From Alloascoidea hylecoeti (lineage: Eukaryota), in assembly GCA_001600815.1 (NCBI GenBank), contig BCKZ01000016.1, forward strand, positions 1-64,000: a stretch of 64,000 bases of DNA, written 5' to 3'. Shown here in pieces: positions 21,752 through 34,840 of the stretch. A program made the position numbers and the translations under genes. The first letter of the stretch is position 1. Each line of letters opens with the position of its first letter. Under the pieces are notes generated by a model. That model ran no database searches. It was not told where the DNA came from and was given only the letters and a program-made list of their open reading frames with translations.

Positions 21752-24700
21752 TTATAATGTTGATGAACCTCCCAACTCATAGTAGACATGTCTACTATCG
21801 ACTGCCGCTTTTCTGACATTTCGTTTTTTATCATCTAATACAGTACCCAATTGTTTAATAACTTGATCTTTAAACGGTAGAACTGTCGTAACATCAAGTA
21901 GTTGCGCTAATTGAGTAAGACATTTCAAACTTGCTATTCGTAATTGTGGTGTTGAACTTTTTGTTATTTGTTTACTAGAAAGTTTTAATAAAATAGGAAT
22001 TAAAGATTGAATATGATCACCTGCTAATTTTAAAGCATTTTCATCTTGTAAATTTGTTCTTATTGTATCGATTGCTGCTGTTTTAATATCACTTGTTAAT
22101 GGTAAATGAAGTGTTTGTAAAAGTAATGTATAAAGTCCCGAAATTACAGGTTGTACTATTGTTGATGGGGTATAGCGTAATAAAATATTCAGCACTGTTA
22201 AAAGATTTGCTTTAATTGGTGATGATGTTTCAGATGATTTGATTGTTGATGATGATGATGATAAAGAATCAACAATAATTGGATGTAAATGATTGAATAA
22301 TCTTTGTTTATATAATTGACGAACTTTAATATTACCATCTTTATTATTTGATTTTGATTTAAATGCAGTTTTCTTAATTTCATCATCAATTTTATTATCA
22401 TTTTCAAAAACTTCATAAAGAGGTATTGGAGTAATAATTATTTCAATTGCTTTAGTTGCAGTTTTACCTAATTCTTCAGATTTCAATAATTCAGTAATAA
22501 TATTTATTAAATCATAACCAAATGGATCATTTTTAAGTATTAATGATTTTATAAACCATGCTAAAACTTCAATATATCTTTGTTTTTCAATTTTTGAAAT
22601 TGATTTATTTTCAATGTTTGATAAAATTAATGATTTGAAAGTTTTAATAATAAAATCATCTTTTATAGGTAACCATTTATTAGTTAATATTGAAATTAAT
22701 TCAAGATATCCCAACCTTTCAAAAAGTGAAAGATTATCATTATTTAAAACTTCAACAATATTTAAAATTAATTTATTTAAATCCATTCCTTTTGGTAAAT
22801 TAACATTAATTGAAACTGCTGTTAATGCTTTTGTAAAAATATGAATTGATTTTGATGGCTTATCTTTTGATGATAATGGTTTGAAAGAATCATGATCATT
22901 TTCATTCCATTTTAAAAATTGTGTTGGTTTATTATTTAAAAAAATATCAAATAAATCATTGATTAATTGTTTTTGAACAATTAAAGTTGCTTTTAAAGTA
23001 ATATTAAAAACAAGTCTAGAAACTGCATTAACTGTTGTATCATCATCTAAAATCGGTGAATTACTACTAATTACTTTTTGTAATATTGTTGGTAAAAATG
23101 ATTTAATATATTTATCTGTTGGAGTTTTATTATCATGATGAACTTCTTTAATGCAATGTTCAATTGTTGAAATTATTAATTGAACATAATGAGCACTACC
23201 ATGGTTTGAAATAACAATATCTAATTTTGCAACAAGTCGAATTATTAATTTTTCTAATAATTGGGTATTTATTGTGATATCTTCTAAAACATTTAAGATA
23301 AATTCTTTTGGTTTCTTTTGTATATCTATAACACTTTGATCTTCATTTTCATTTTCATCATCAGGTAAATTTGTAAATAATGCAGGAAATGTAATATCAA
23401 GAATTAATGAAGAATCAACATTTGCAAATTTAATTAGTGCTTCATTTGCTTTTGCAACTGTTATTTTATTTTTATCTTGCAATATAATTATATCAATAAA
23501 TTGAATAAGTAATCCTAATTCATCACGATCTAAGAAATTTGAAAGTTCAGATATTGTTATTAATGCATCAATTGCTAATACACGTAATGTTACTTCAACA
23601 TTTGATGAACCATTTAATGCTTGTGTTAAAAATAAAAATAAACTATCTTTATATTTTAATAAAGAATTTGGAGTTTTTGTAATACCTGATTTATTAAAAG
23701 TTCCATAAACAATACCAGATGATTTTAAAAAATAATTAACAACTTCAATTATAGATCTTTGTTTTGGAATTGAAATGACATCCCCTGAGTATGATTCTAT
23801 AATAAGAGGAATAGTTGAATTAATTATATATTCACAAGCTTCAGGAGATCCTTCAGAACATTTTGATAATAATGAAGCTGAATTTTTGGCTAATTTCTGT
23901 TCAGGTGTTTTAATGTTTTCATTACATTCATTAGTAATAGTTCTGAGAAATGAAATTAAACCTGGTTCCCTTAATTTGTTGGTAAAATCTTTCTCTAATT
24001 CTTCTTTTTCTATAGACTCTGTTGGTTCTGTTGGATGAATTTTATCATCCTCTTGCCTTCTTGCGTCTGAAAAAACTTTAACTATTGTCTTAAACAATTC
24101 AAGTACTAAATCTGTTACTTCATCTTCTGAACCTTGATGAATAACTTCATATTTTAAATCATCCCAGAAAGTTTTCCAATATTCTTCTAAAGTTTCAGCA
24201 CCATAATTTTCAATACAACTTTTTAAAGTTTCCAAAACATCAACCCTAACACTCAAAGAAACAGATGTAAATTTTTCTAATAATGATGGAATTGAATCTT
24301 TTGCAAAAAGTTTATTACCAGAAATACATTTCCTTAATGAATTTTTTAAATCTTTCCCAGTAATTGTATAATTATTTTTATTTGGTGGATTAAAAGAAAT
24401 TGGAAAATAACAAAATGAAATATCAAATAAATCTTCAATATAATTTTTTATATTAAAATTTTTAATAATTAAAAAATTAATATTAAATGATATAATTAAA
24501 TTTCTTGGATCTTTTTCATTTGTTGCAATTTTTATAAAAATTGATATAAATAAATTATTAATTGTTTTTAAATAATTTAATGATTTATTTAATAAATTTT
24601 GAAAAATTTGAAAAATTAAAAATCGAACTGATTGTGGATGTTGACTCATTTCAATGTTAGAATCAATAGAATTTAGTATTGGTTTGATACTTAAAGAACT

Positions 24701-25240
24701 GAAATTCTTCATTCTAATAAGAGCATTTAATCCTTCGGAGATTTCACGAACGGATGATCCATCACTATACTTTTCAGATAAAAATTCAACAAGTACCGAA
24801 ACTAAACAAAGAAAATTGTTAAAAAACAACGATAAAAATTTTATAAATCATAATATGAAATGTGCTTACTTTCTTGTTTAGAGAGATGTGATTCTGGAAG
24901 TTGAGAAATTGTATCCGAAATACAGCCAATTGCTTTATACTTGTTAATTCAATAAGCCTAAAAATTCGGTTGAAATATAATTACCTTTTGATCGCCATAT
25001 AGGATCATCGTCCTTTATCAAATATTCACCCAATATCTGAATGAAATCAAGAAGTTTTAATTTACCATGTTCAAGAGCTGGATCAAAAACATTTGGTCAG
25101 TAAATAATTACTAATAAGAGCAATATTGAATAAAGTGGAATTGAATTCTTACCATCAGATATCTCTTTTGCAACTTCAGTAGCACCCTCCTTGGAGATGT
25201 CTGTTTCTACAATATATCTCTTTACTAACAGTTTCTCCAT
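21752..25240 (-). CDS. MET18: Mms19/Met18, CIA targeting complex HEAT-repeat protein (4 exons)
   Basis: Exons 25240-25153, 25077-24985, 24932-24870, 24801-21752 joined by GT-AG introns keep frame (LKLLDFIQILGEYL...RSKAIGCIS). Motifs EKDPRNL, LFDISFCYFPISF, LDDKKRNVRKAAVDSR. Confidence 0.92.
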
Positions 25241-25327
25241 CGTTTTTAAGAAATTTGTGAGTGTAAAGATAATTAATATAGGCCTATTATATTCGTATAC
25301 TTCATTGGAGGATCAAATTATGTAAAT

Positions 25328-25335
25328 CCGGGTAA
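25328..25335. promoter_or_regulatory. Reb1-type site upstream of MET18/MMS19
   Basis: CCGGGTAA about 90 bp upstream of the ATG. The same motif occurs at 47194, at 48247 (DNF3 promoter) and reversed at 2872. Confidence 0.55.
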
Positions 25336-25379
25336 CTTGATAACTTGATAAACTTCAATAAAATTAATTTTAATTATAG

Positions 25380-26280
25380 GACTCTTATAGATTTTCTCAA
25401 ATCAGAAGCAAGTAGCTAATAAGTTTAGTAATAATAACTCTAGTGAGTATAGAATGAGGAAGATTTAATTAATCAAAAACTATACGTATTGCAATTGGTA
25501 CCGTATAGCTATAAATCATAGGTTATCATAGACATGGTCGAGTAACGTCCAAATATGGCACTGTGTGTGCATATACATATTTACTCTATGCATATTTGCA
25601 GAATTACTATATATGGGAACACATTGAATAAGATGAAAAAGGAACAACGTTAACTAACGAATACAACTTTGTTACTGGACATCATAGCTAGAGTTCTGTC
25701 TTCAATAATCATCGAGAGTTCTAGCTTAGATACTACTATGGCTACTACTGTAGTAGCATTGGGTCGCCCACTAATTTGAGAAACCCAAGTATTAAAATGG
25801 ATATTTCAAGAGTTGTTGGGACTCTTGGGCTAAGGAAGAAGACATGCTGGTTTTGTATTCAAAATACGTCGAAGCTTGGGCTTAGCCAACTTTGTAAATC
25901 TTTTTTTTCTTATGTTCTATTACTAGGGTCTTGTTTATGTAACTCAATTTAGGAAATATGCAAGAAACGTAAATATTTAATATGATTATTTGATATTCCT
26001 AATACCGATTAATTGGTTCAAAATATGGCCGATGATACATATTCCAAAGTCAAATTGTACTAACCATGCCTTAACAATAGTAGAGTAACAATATCATTTA
26101 TTTACATTTGTAGAACACTATAACTAGTTATAACAATTATGATATACGTTTAGCCGTATGGTACCAATCGCAAAAATTGTAATTTGTGATTAATGGAACA
26201 CCTACTCTAATTTGTACTCACTGCTATTAAACTTATAAACTACTTACCTATTTATTTATAATCTGAGAATATAAGGTCTG
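25380..26280. mobile_element. Degenerate non-autonomous element with long (about 130 bp) terminal inverted repeats
   Basis: 25394-25511 is colinear with the reverse complement of 26151-26269 (e.g. ATTGGTACCGTATAGCTA vs TAGCCGTATGGTACCAAT). An internal segment recurs at 41498-41604. Confidence 0.65.
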
Positions 26281-26920
26281 TGCACCATCTTTCGCCTGTT
26301 GGGTATCTTTACAACCCTAATGTGAGTTCGTTTAAAAGTTTTTTGAATTCATTCATATATTTCGTATTATGTATTTTCAAAATGACAACTACAACTCTAA
26401 TAAGCCTTGGATTATTGTAGTTTGTGTTCAGTCCTCAGTAACCATCGAGACTTCTAACTTGGCTAAACCCAAGAAAGTAGCCGTGATTATTGAACACGAT
26501 GGTGGGTTATGTCAAGCTTCATGTATTTTGAATGCTAAACCAGCGAAACCAAATCCAGCTAAATCAAATCTAGCAGTCCCATCACCAACCAAACAAAATC
26601 TACCTGCCTGGGCTGTCTAATTGATTCACCATCTGCTACCCCTGCAACTGGCGACGTCAATGTTAATAGCATCTGATCATTAAATAATGATGATGATAAT
26701 TATCCAAAAATAGATCTTTTGGTGGGGAAATATGACACAAAAAAAGGGGAGACCATTACAGATTAGGAAGAGTTCACACCGAGCGATCAGCAAACATTTC
26801 AATTAAAGACTCAGAGCTCTTGGAACACAGAATACAACAATTAAGTAAGGGTAAGGAAGGCAAGAAAATGATCGATTTAAATTTAGCAGATATAAAAAAG
26901 GAGACTTCTTGCATTCAGAT

Positions 26921-27110
26921 CATCAAAAATAGGGAAAAAGAAGAAGAAGCTCTCCAACTCTGAACTAAAACCTGTATAAATATACAAGGAGAATGTATTA
27001 GGAGAAGTTGCTTATATATAGAGAATATCTAGTGAATTCATATTTTTTGGTGATGTTGGTAGTTGTTGTATGGTAAACTGTATTTAAATTCGGGTGGCCC
27101 GACTACAATA
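26921..27110 (+). repeat. Dispersed repeat A, copy 2
   Basis: Similar to 8743-8970; a short fragment also at 41742-41762. Confidence 0.75.
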
Positions 27111-27419
27111 ATATTATCGCAGCCAAAAACATTATCAACCCGTCAATGTCGCGATGAAACTCAAACACAAGTGAGAACATCCAAAACTTCAGGAATCTAT
27201 ATTAGATGACTAGATGTGTTGCGTAAGTCCGATTATATCGATAAATAGTAAATTAAATCTCCATCTTATCGATCACAAAGTAAATTATAATACGATATAT
27301 CTTAATAACAAAATCATTTACGACTAACGCCTAGCTATAAGTTCATAACAGAAACTAAATCACTATAAATATTCTCATTTCATAAGTCAGTTAAATCTAA
27401 TACTAGCTGGATATTAAAA

Positions 27420-28526
27420 TTATAATTCATCATTTCCTCTGTATCTATAATCAATCAATTGTTTGGCAGTATCATATAAAGTTTTCTCTGCAGCAGTAAA
27501 TTCAACACCACTTTGTTCAATGGTCTTAGAGGCATCGTATCCAGCCACCCTAGTCAAGGATTCTTTACCAGAACCAGGTAAACCAAGACCAATATGTTTT
27601 GAGGCAAATTCCGGGAAGGTTTTATGTAAATAATCTACTAGATCCTGAGCTGGTGTATAACCTGAAACTCCAAGCCATCTATTGCCATTTGCTATTTCTG
27701 GTCTTTTAATTGCAGCTAAATGAAGTTTTGCAACATCTCTACCATCAGCGAAAATCAAAAATGGACCCATTGGACCATCAAGTGGAGATGTATTATTAAG
27801 ATCAACATTCAAATATTCATCAAATAAACGAGTTGATTCATTAAGAGATTTATTCTCAACTGTTGAATTGAATACATGTGGACCCCAAATATACCCAGGA
27901 TTTATGGTATTGAAAGTGAAAGAAGGTTTCTCTTTTTCAATGAAATCCCAAGCTGCCCTTTCAGCAAGTGCTTTTGAAACGAAGTAACAAAAAATCTTAT
28001 CTGAAGCTGGAAATGCTATAGCTTGTTCAAGTGTAAGTGGATTCCACGTGTCTTCTTTGAAGGTAGTATCAGGATTGAACATTAATAATGGATTAGCCAC
28101 AGCTGCAAAAGATGAAGTTACAACAAAATGTTTGATATTTGGACCATATTTTTTTGCAGCTTTTAAGATTTCTGTAGTACCATTAACTGCTGGATCGACC
28201 AATTCCTTTTGTGGGTCTTCAACAGCACCAGTAAAAGGAGATGCAGTGTGTAAAACAAAATTAATATCTTGATGATTTTTCAATACTGAATCAAAAGCAC
28301 CCGGTACAGCAACATCAGAAACAAATTCAAATGTTAATTTATCACCAGAAAAATCAAGTTCTGGATGAATTATTTTCATATTTTTAATAATGAAATCAGC
28401 TTTTGATTGAGATCTAACAGTACCAATAACTTTATAATCTTCTGGATCAATTAAAAGATATTCAAGAATTCGAAGGGCAACGAAGCCTGAGGCGCCTGTA
28501 AGAAGAACTCTATTACTAGTACTCAT
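27420..28526 (-). CDS. Gre2/Ari1-like NADPH-dependent aldehyde (methylglyoxal) reductase, extended SDR
   Basis: ATG 28526. VLLTGASGFVA, VLHTASP, VVTSSFAAV, YFVSK (YxxxK). Confidence 0.92.
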   Translation of the reverse strand: MSTSNRVLLTGASGFVALRILEYLLIDPEDYKVIGTVRSQSKADFIIKNMKIIHPELDFSGDKLTFEFVSDVAVPGAFDSVLKNHQDINFVLHTASPFTGAVEDPQKELVDPAVNGTTEILKAAKKYGPNIKHFVVTSSFAAVANPLLMFNPDTTFKEDTWNPLTLEQAIAFPASDKIFCYFVSKALAERAAWDFIEKEKPSFTFNTINPGYIWGPHVFNSTVENKSLNESTRLFDEYLNVDLNNTSPLDGPMGPFLIFADGRDVAKLHLAAIKRPEIANGNRWLGVSGYTPAQDLVDYLHKTFPEFASKHIGLGLPGSGKESLTRVAGYDASKTIEQSGVEFTAAEKTLYDTAKQLIDYRYRGNDEL

Positions 28527-29021
28527 TTTTAATTGGAAATTGATTTGGGATGTTAAAAAGAAGATCTTCAAGGAAGGGAATTGCTGTTTAAATAGTTTTA
28601 ATATTAATAAAAAAACACGCAGAATTATGTATTATACTGTACTATAAGTTGCGAATTTCAGATCTTCAAGCCTCGGTAATTAATTTATTTATAAGAAGTT
28701 CTTCATAATAGTTTTATTTCTTTGATATTTTTATCATCCTCTTCTAGGAACACAATTGCCAATACGTCAGATAAATATAAAAGGCGAGTGAACTACATGT
28801 ATTTTGAACAAGCACGGATTTGATGATTTGTTAACGTCGTTTTGATATCCGAGGTCTATTAATTTCGCCTTGACATATTGAAATAACCAATTGCAACACC
28901 AATTGCAACACATAATTATAAGCTTATACATCTATAGATTATATACATTTATCAGTATTAAATTGATCCAGAATCTATCGGTATCAAATATATCCACTGC
29001 CGGCTCGAGATCTAGACATCC

Positions 29022-30105
29022 TCAGAAATCGACTTTATCTCCGTACCACCTTGTAGAAATTGGCAGTTCACTGATAGCATCTTTTTTTATCATGTATGAA
29101 AGCACATTATCAAAACTTTCTTTTTTCTCATCAACCCTATCTCAAATTATATGTTGTTAGTTTTCCATGTTAAGTAAAATATTACTCAATTGATTTCTTA
29201 CCATTTCACCTCAATTCCACCATTTTTCTTAATTGCATCTTTTGTAGTTTGCCATGAAAATCTAACAACTTTTGGCCATCCGAATAAAGGATCTATATTT
29301 GATTTCAACCAGTTGGATGTTTTTGAATCACTTGGGTATCCACAACCCCAAATCCGACTATCAGGATGAGAATTTGCTAAAGATGCATCTCTTGTAACTT
29401 TTGCACAAATACTAGCAGCACTAACAACTGGAAATAATGAATCTGCTTTTTTAGTTACAGTAACTTTAATTCCTGTAAATCTAGCTTGTAATTTTGCTTG
29501 ATAAGTAACAGGAGGACCAACAGTATCAACATATATTTCAGTTATATTGACACCTTGATCTAAAACTCCTTGTATTAAGTCCATTGTTGCATCATGGGCT
29601 TGTTCATTAAGGTTATAATTTGTCATTGTTTTAGGTCGAAGCATACCACTAGAAATATCTCTAGCAGACATTGTACGTGTTGACCAACCAGCATTTTCGT
29701 ATAGTTCTGTATTTATTTCACAGATTTGAGATAAAAGATTTGTTCTTTTTGGTTCTGATAATGTTTTTGAGTCTGCAAATCCATATTTTGTCTTTAGTTT
29801 ATCACTATAGGATTTGAGACAATAACAAACCCCATAAACCATAGGTCCTGAGATTATACGTTAGATATAAACCCTGAAAAAGAAAAAGAATAGAAATATA
29901 AATATATACCTAAAACAGGACCCCTTCCGGCTTCATCAACTCCTAAGATACATTCATCTTTAGGATGTTCTAATATTTGTTTTGGAATATCGGATTTGTA
30001 TGTTGTTGATTCGAAAGTATTGGCATTTGGTACTGATGGGGGAATAAAAGATACGATTTCCTTTTCATCTTCTTCTCTTTTAGAAATTGATCTTTTCTCT
30101 ACCAT
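29022..30105 (-). CDS. RNH201: Ribonuclease H2 catalytic subunit A (3 exons)
   Basis: Exons 30105-29910, 29847-29202, 29136-29022. LGVDEAGRGPVLGPMVY restored by splicing; DSKTL, YVDTVG, KADSLFPVVSAASICAKV, GYPSD. Confidence 0.95.
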
Positions 30106-30160
30106 TTTAATATTTGTTTATTAAAATTTGTGGTTGAGAAGATTTTATGTGTAGAGAAAG

Positions 30161-30200
30161 ACGCGTAAATAATACACAAAAAAAACACAAAAACGCGAAA
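30161..30200. promoter_or_regulatory. MCB-like G1/S elements upstream of RNH201
   Basis: ACGCGT at 30161-30166 and ACGCGAAA at 30193-30200 in otherwise AT-rich DNA. Confidence 0.65.
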
Positions 30201-31015
30201 ATTTAAAATTATTTTATTACAGTTTTAAAACCCCCAAAATTGAACTATTGATATTACTAGAAGATAGTGAAGACACCATGACTTATAAAATATACTTGTA
30301 TCTAAATTTATCTATAAATAACAATATTAATATCTTGCGGTCTACTTGCTAAGTTCAAGATGCTTCAAAATCTTATAGAAAACTTTTCATAATTAAAACT
30401 GTATGATAATTATGACAGTAATAATTACTCTTTTAACGATATTCTTCAATTCTTAAATCTTTCTGAACTGTTAACACAAGTTAAATAACTCACAAATCAT
30501 AAAATAATGGAATCAACCAGAATTGATAATAAAAATGGTACCCTAATATAAATAGGTTAGTTAATTTCTTTCATTTATGAAATTATATCATTTTAATCAA
30601 TTAATTAAATTCAATAATGCTTTTCAATTCAGAGAGAAGATTAGTTGTATCAGCTAAAGATTAAATATTAGAGTAAGTAGATGCTAGCATCGTTATTCAC
30701 TATAATTAACAGCTGGGAAACAAGGCTCATCATCAAAACATCAAATGTGGATTAAACTTCAAACTATAATTGATATAATAGTTGTAATAAACATACCTGG
30801 TATATATTTATTTATATAATTGTGATGGAGGCAAATTATGGTGGTGGCGAACAAAGTAAAGTGAAGTAAAGACCTAGCATTTAGTGTTTTCACCTCCCAG
30901 TCATCTGCATAACAACGTGAAAACCAATATTGTAGTTGTTTTATATAATGAATATCCCATAAACAGCATTATGTAACAATGAGAAAATATAAAAAATAAA
31001 GATAAATGCGTCTGT

Positions 31016-31024
31016 GGTGGCAAA
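31016..31024 (+). promoter_or_regulatory. PACE (Rpn4-type) element upstream of the Arf-like gene
   Basis: GGTGGCAAA exact; variant GGTGGCGAA at 30843. Confidence 0.45.
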
Positions 31025-31191
31025 TAAACCACACGTAAATTAATGGTGTTTAAGTGGTGGATGATGATTTAAATATTTAAAAGGAATTCAGCCTTATAAA
31101 ATAGATCATCACAAGACATCCATTCTCAATCATTCTCAATCTCTCTTTTGCATTTTTGTTGTAGCTCCATATAAGACAAATTAAAAAAAAA

Positions 31192-31947
31192 ATGGGGACA
31201 AACATTTCCCAATTACCTTCATCTATTCGACAATTCTCAGGTTTAAGACCTAAAGATATGAAAACAAATATTTATGTGGCGGGTACAGATAAACTTGGTA
31301 AAATGACAGTTCTTCGTTATTTTAACAAATTAAAAGAAGGTGGAATTGTTTCGATTACATCAATGCCTGATACTAACCAAATACAGCATGATATTAATAC
31401 AGTGGGAGCAGGTTTAGATTCATTTGCAACTATAGATTATACAAATATTTCATTCCATTCAATGGATGATATTTATATGACTTGTCATGATGAATTAGAT
31501 TATTTCAATCTAAATAGGAAACCAATAAAATATCAAAATGGAATAATATTTATTGTTAATCCTGATGATAGATATAATATCATAAATGCATGTTCTGAAC
31601 TTCATGGATATCTACAATCTCCTCGATTAAAAGAAGCAGCGCTATTGATACTTGTAAACAATCAATCCACGACAAGTATGAGTACTATGGATCTTAGTGA
31701 AATAAGTGATCGACTACAATTGCATGATAGTAGGGATAGATGCTGGAGAATCCATAATGTTAGTACTGCCTCAGGAGAAGGACTTTTAGAAGCATTAGAA
31801 TGGTTGATTTCCAGTATCTGGGCATTTGAGAATTCTTGGGTAGTTATTAAAGCACATGAAGAGAAAAATAAACCCCCCGAACCCCCCGAACCTTCCAATA
31901 ATTCCGCAAATGAATCAAAATCAAAAGAAATAGAAAAAGATGTATAG
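31192..31947 (+). CDS. Highly divergent Arf/Arl-family small GTPase-like protein
   Basis: MG N-terminus; IYVAGTDKLGKMTVL (G1), GIIFIV..DR, LKEAALLILVNNQS (G4), L.LH..RDRCW.I...STASGEGLLEALEWL, all Arf-like. Confidence 0.8.
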   Translation: MGTNISQLPSSIRQFSGLRPKDMKTNIYVAGTDKLGKMTVLRYFNKLKEGGIVSITSMPDTNQIQHDINTVGAGLDSFATIDYTNISFHSMDDIYMTCHDELDYFNLNRKPIKYQNGIIFIVNPDDRYNIINACSELHGYLQSPRLKEAALLILVNNQSTTSMSTMDLSEISDRLQLHDSRDRCWRIHNVSTASGEGLLEALEWLISSIWAFENSWVVIKAHEEKNKPPEPPEPSNNSANESKSKEIEKDV

Positions 31948-32112
31948 GAATATAATACAAAATATGATGCAATACCTGTAGATACCAGAACGGATACGCG
32001 TATATCACAGCACTAACAATATACATTCTCTAGGATGCTGTTATTGAACACCTGTTTAATTGTGTGCCTGGCAGATTTATCATTATCTTCTTCACAAACT
32101 GAAAGTTCAACA

Positions 32113-34681
32113 ATGGTAAGCAGGCTGTTGTTCATGTTCGTACTAATTTTAATATGTTATTCAAATCACTAATTTTTTGTTAAATTTTTAAAAAGAATGT
32201 TGAAGCTATTGAGGAAGTCGATAATGTTCGATTAAGTTGGAATTCTTTCCCCCTTAACAAATTAGAGGCTTCAAGAACCGTCGTTCCTATTGGTGCTCTC
32301 TATACTCCATTGAAACAACGAGATGACTTGCCTATTATTGAGGGGGATCCTATTGTTTGTAAGCCTCCATGTAGAGCAGTTTTAAATCCGTATTGGTATG
32401 TCTGGAATATTTGAAACAAAATTAAACAATGAAAATTGAAAATAATATTTTTTCTAATAATGATAATAGTTTAGTAGATACAAACAATAGAACTTGGACG
32501 TGTCCAATGTGTCTTAGCAGAAATGCTTTACCAACAGCTTATCAAGATACTCAATCCGAACTTCCTTATTCTTTACATCCAACTTGTACAACAGTTGAAT
32601 ATATCTTACCACGACCTGCTAAGTTCCCACCAATTTTTTTATTTGTTGTTGATATTTGTACTGATGATGATGATAATGAAGAAACTGGTCATCATCAAGG
32701 TGAAAATTTACAAGCATTAAAAGAAACAATTTTAGTTGGACTTTCTTTATTACCACCAGATGCATTAGTTGGTATTATTAGTTTTGGTACAATGGTTAAT
32801 GTTTATGAAGTTGGTACAAATGATTGTGTTAAAAGTTATTCATTTAGAGGTTCAAAAGAATATGATTTAAAACAAATTGAAGATATTTTAGGTTTAACGC
32901 CATCATCTTCAACAAATAATCAATTTAGACCACCACAAATTCAAAATCAAATCCCAGGAATTAATTATAATGCTTCTAAATTTTTAGCACCAGTTGATTC
33001 ATGTGAATTTCAATTAACCAATATTTTAGAAGAAATGCAACATAACTCTTGGAAAATTGATCATGATAAAAGATCATTAAGAGCAACTGGCTGCGCATTA
33101 AATATAGCAATTTCATTAATGCAAAGTGCTTATCCAAATTCAGGCGCTCGTATAATGACATTTGCTGCTGGTCCTTGTACTTTTGGTCCTGGTTTAGTAG
33201 TTGGTGATGAATTAAAAGAACCAATTCGTTCACATCATGATATTGATAAAGATCGTGCAAAACATTTTAAAAAAGCTTTAAAATATTATTCAAATTTAGC
33301 TTCGAGAGCTGCTTTAAATGGTCATGCAATTGATATTTTTGCAGGTTGTTATGATCAAGTTGGTATGCTTGAAATGGAATCTTTAGTAACTGATACAGGT
33401 GGTGTATTAGTTTTAGCAGATTCTTTTACAACCGCAATTTTTAAACAAAGTTTTCAAAGAATGTTTTCAACTGATCCACAAGATGGATTTTTATCAATGG
33501 GTTTAAATGCAACTTTAGAAGTTGTTACTTCAAAAGATGTAAAAGTTTCTGGTATGATTGGTCATGGGGTTTCATTAAATAAACAAGATTGTGGTAATGT
33601 TGCTGATACACAAACAGGTATGGGTTTTACAAGTGCTTGGAAATTGTGTAGTATTACACCAAATAGTAGTTATAGTTTATTTTTTGAAATATCTCCTTCT
33701 GGTACACCAAGTCATGCAAGCACTGATTTAGATCAACCAACTGGATTAATTCAATTTTTAACATCATATCAACATGCAAGTGGAACTATGAGACTTAAAG
33801 TTACAACAATTGCAAGAAATTTATTAACTAGTGGAGATGGTCAATTGGCACTTTCATTTGATCAAGAAGCTGCAGCAGTATTAATGACAAGAATTGCAAT
33901 TTATAAATTAAGAACAAATGATACAGGTGAAGTATTACGTTGGATTGATAGAACATTAGTTTTACTTTGTGGGAAATTTGCAGAATATCGTAAAGATGAT
34001 GCCTCATCTTTCAGATTATCACAAAATTTTAGTTTATATCCACAATTTATGTTTCATTTGAGAAGATCACAATTCTTACAAGTTTTTAATAATTCACCAG
34101 ATGAAACTGCATTTTATAGACATGTTTTTAATGAAGAAGATACAACAAATTCATTAATTATGATTCAACCTACTCTAACTGCATTTGAATTAGATCAAGT
34201 GGATCCTGAACCAGTTTTATTGGATTCAGTTTCAATTAAACCAGCAAGAATCTTGCTTCTTGATACATTTTTTCATGTTTTAATATATCATGGTTCAACA
34301 ATAGCAGAATGGAAAAGATTAGGATACCAAGATCAAGCAGATTACGTTTCATTTAAAGAGTTATTGGAAGCACCACGAGCAGAAGTAGCGGAACTTCTTG
34401 TTGATAGGTTCCCACTTCCAAGATTCATCGATACCGAGGAAGGCGGATCTCAAGCCCGTTTCTTGTTGTCTAAGTTAAATCCCAGTACAACTTATGAATC
34501 GTTTAATGGGCCGGCCAACGCAAGCAGCATGTATGGGTTCATTGGAGGCGGCAGTACAATGGGACAACAAGGGGGCAATCGTACCGGAGAAGAAGGTAGC
34601 GGAGCAATCATATTGACGGATGATGTCAGTCTACAAAAGTTCATGGAGCATTTGATTAAATTGGTGGTAGCGACGCAGTAA
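32113..34681 (+). CDS. SEC23: COPII coat subunit Sec23 family protein (3 exons)
   Basis: Exons 32113-32115 (ATG only), 32196-32395, 32470-34681. [21 protein letters not shown] zinc finger, [30 protein letters not shown]. May be a paralog rather than the main copy. Confidence 0.93.
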
Positions 34682-34840
34682 CTAATTTATAATTTCTGTA
34701 TGTACGGATCCAAAACCAGTAATAGAATAGCTTTGGCGCATTACGTAATCCAGAGATAAGCATGGCACATGCCCGACTGCATGTGCTGTTAGGCTTTCAA
34801 ATCTCAACCTTTGTACTCGTCCATCAACTCAGCAGAAAAA

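Noticed and set aside
24802..24829. ORF-track starts for MMS19 (24829), SEC23 (32429), IMP4 (37610), DNF3 (48698) and the split RNH201
   Set aside because: Artifacts of introns; spliced models restore the conserved N-termini.
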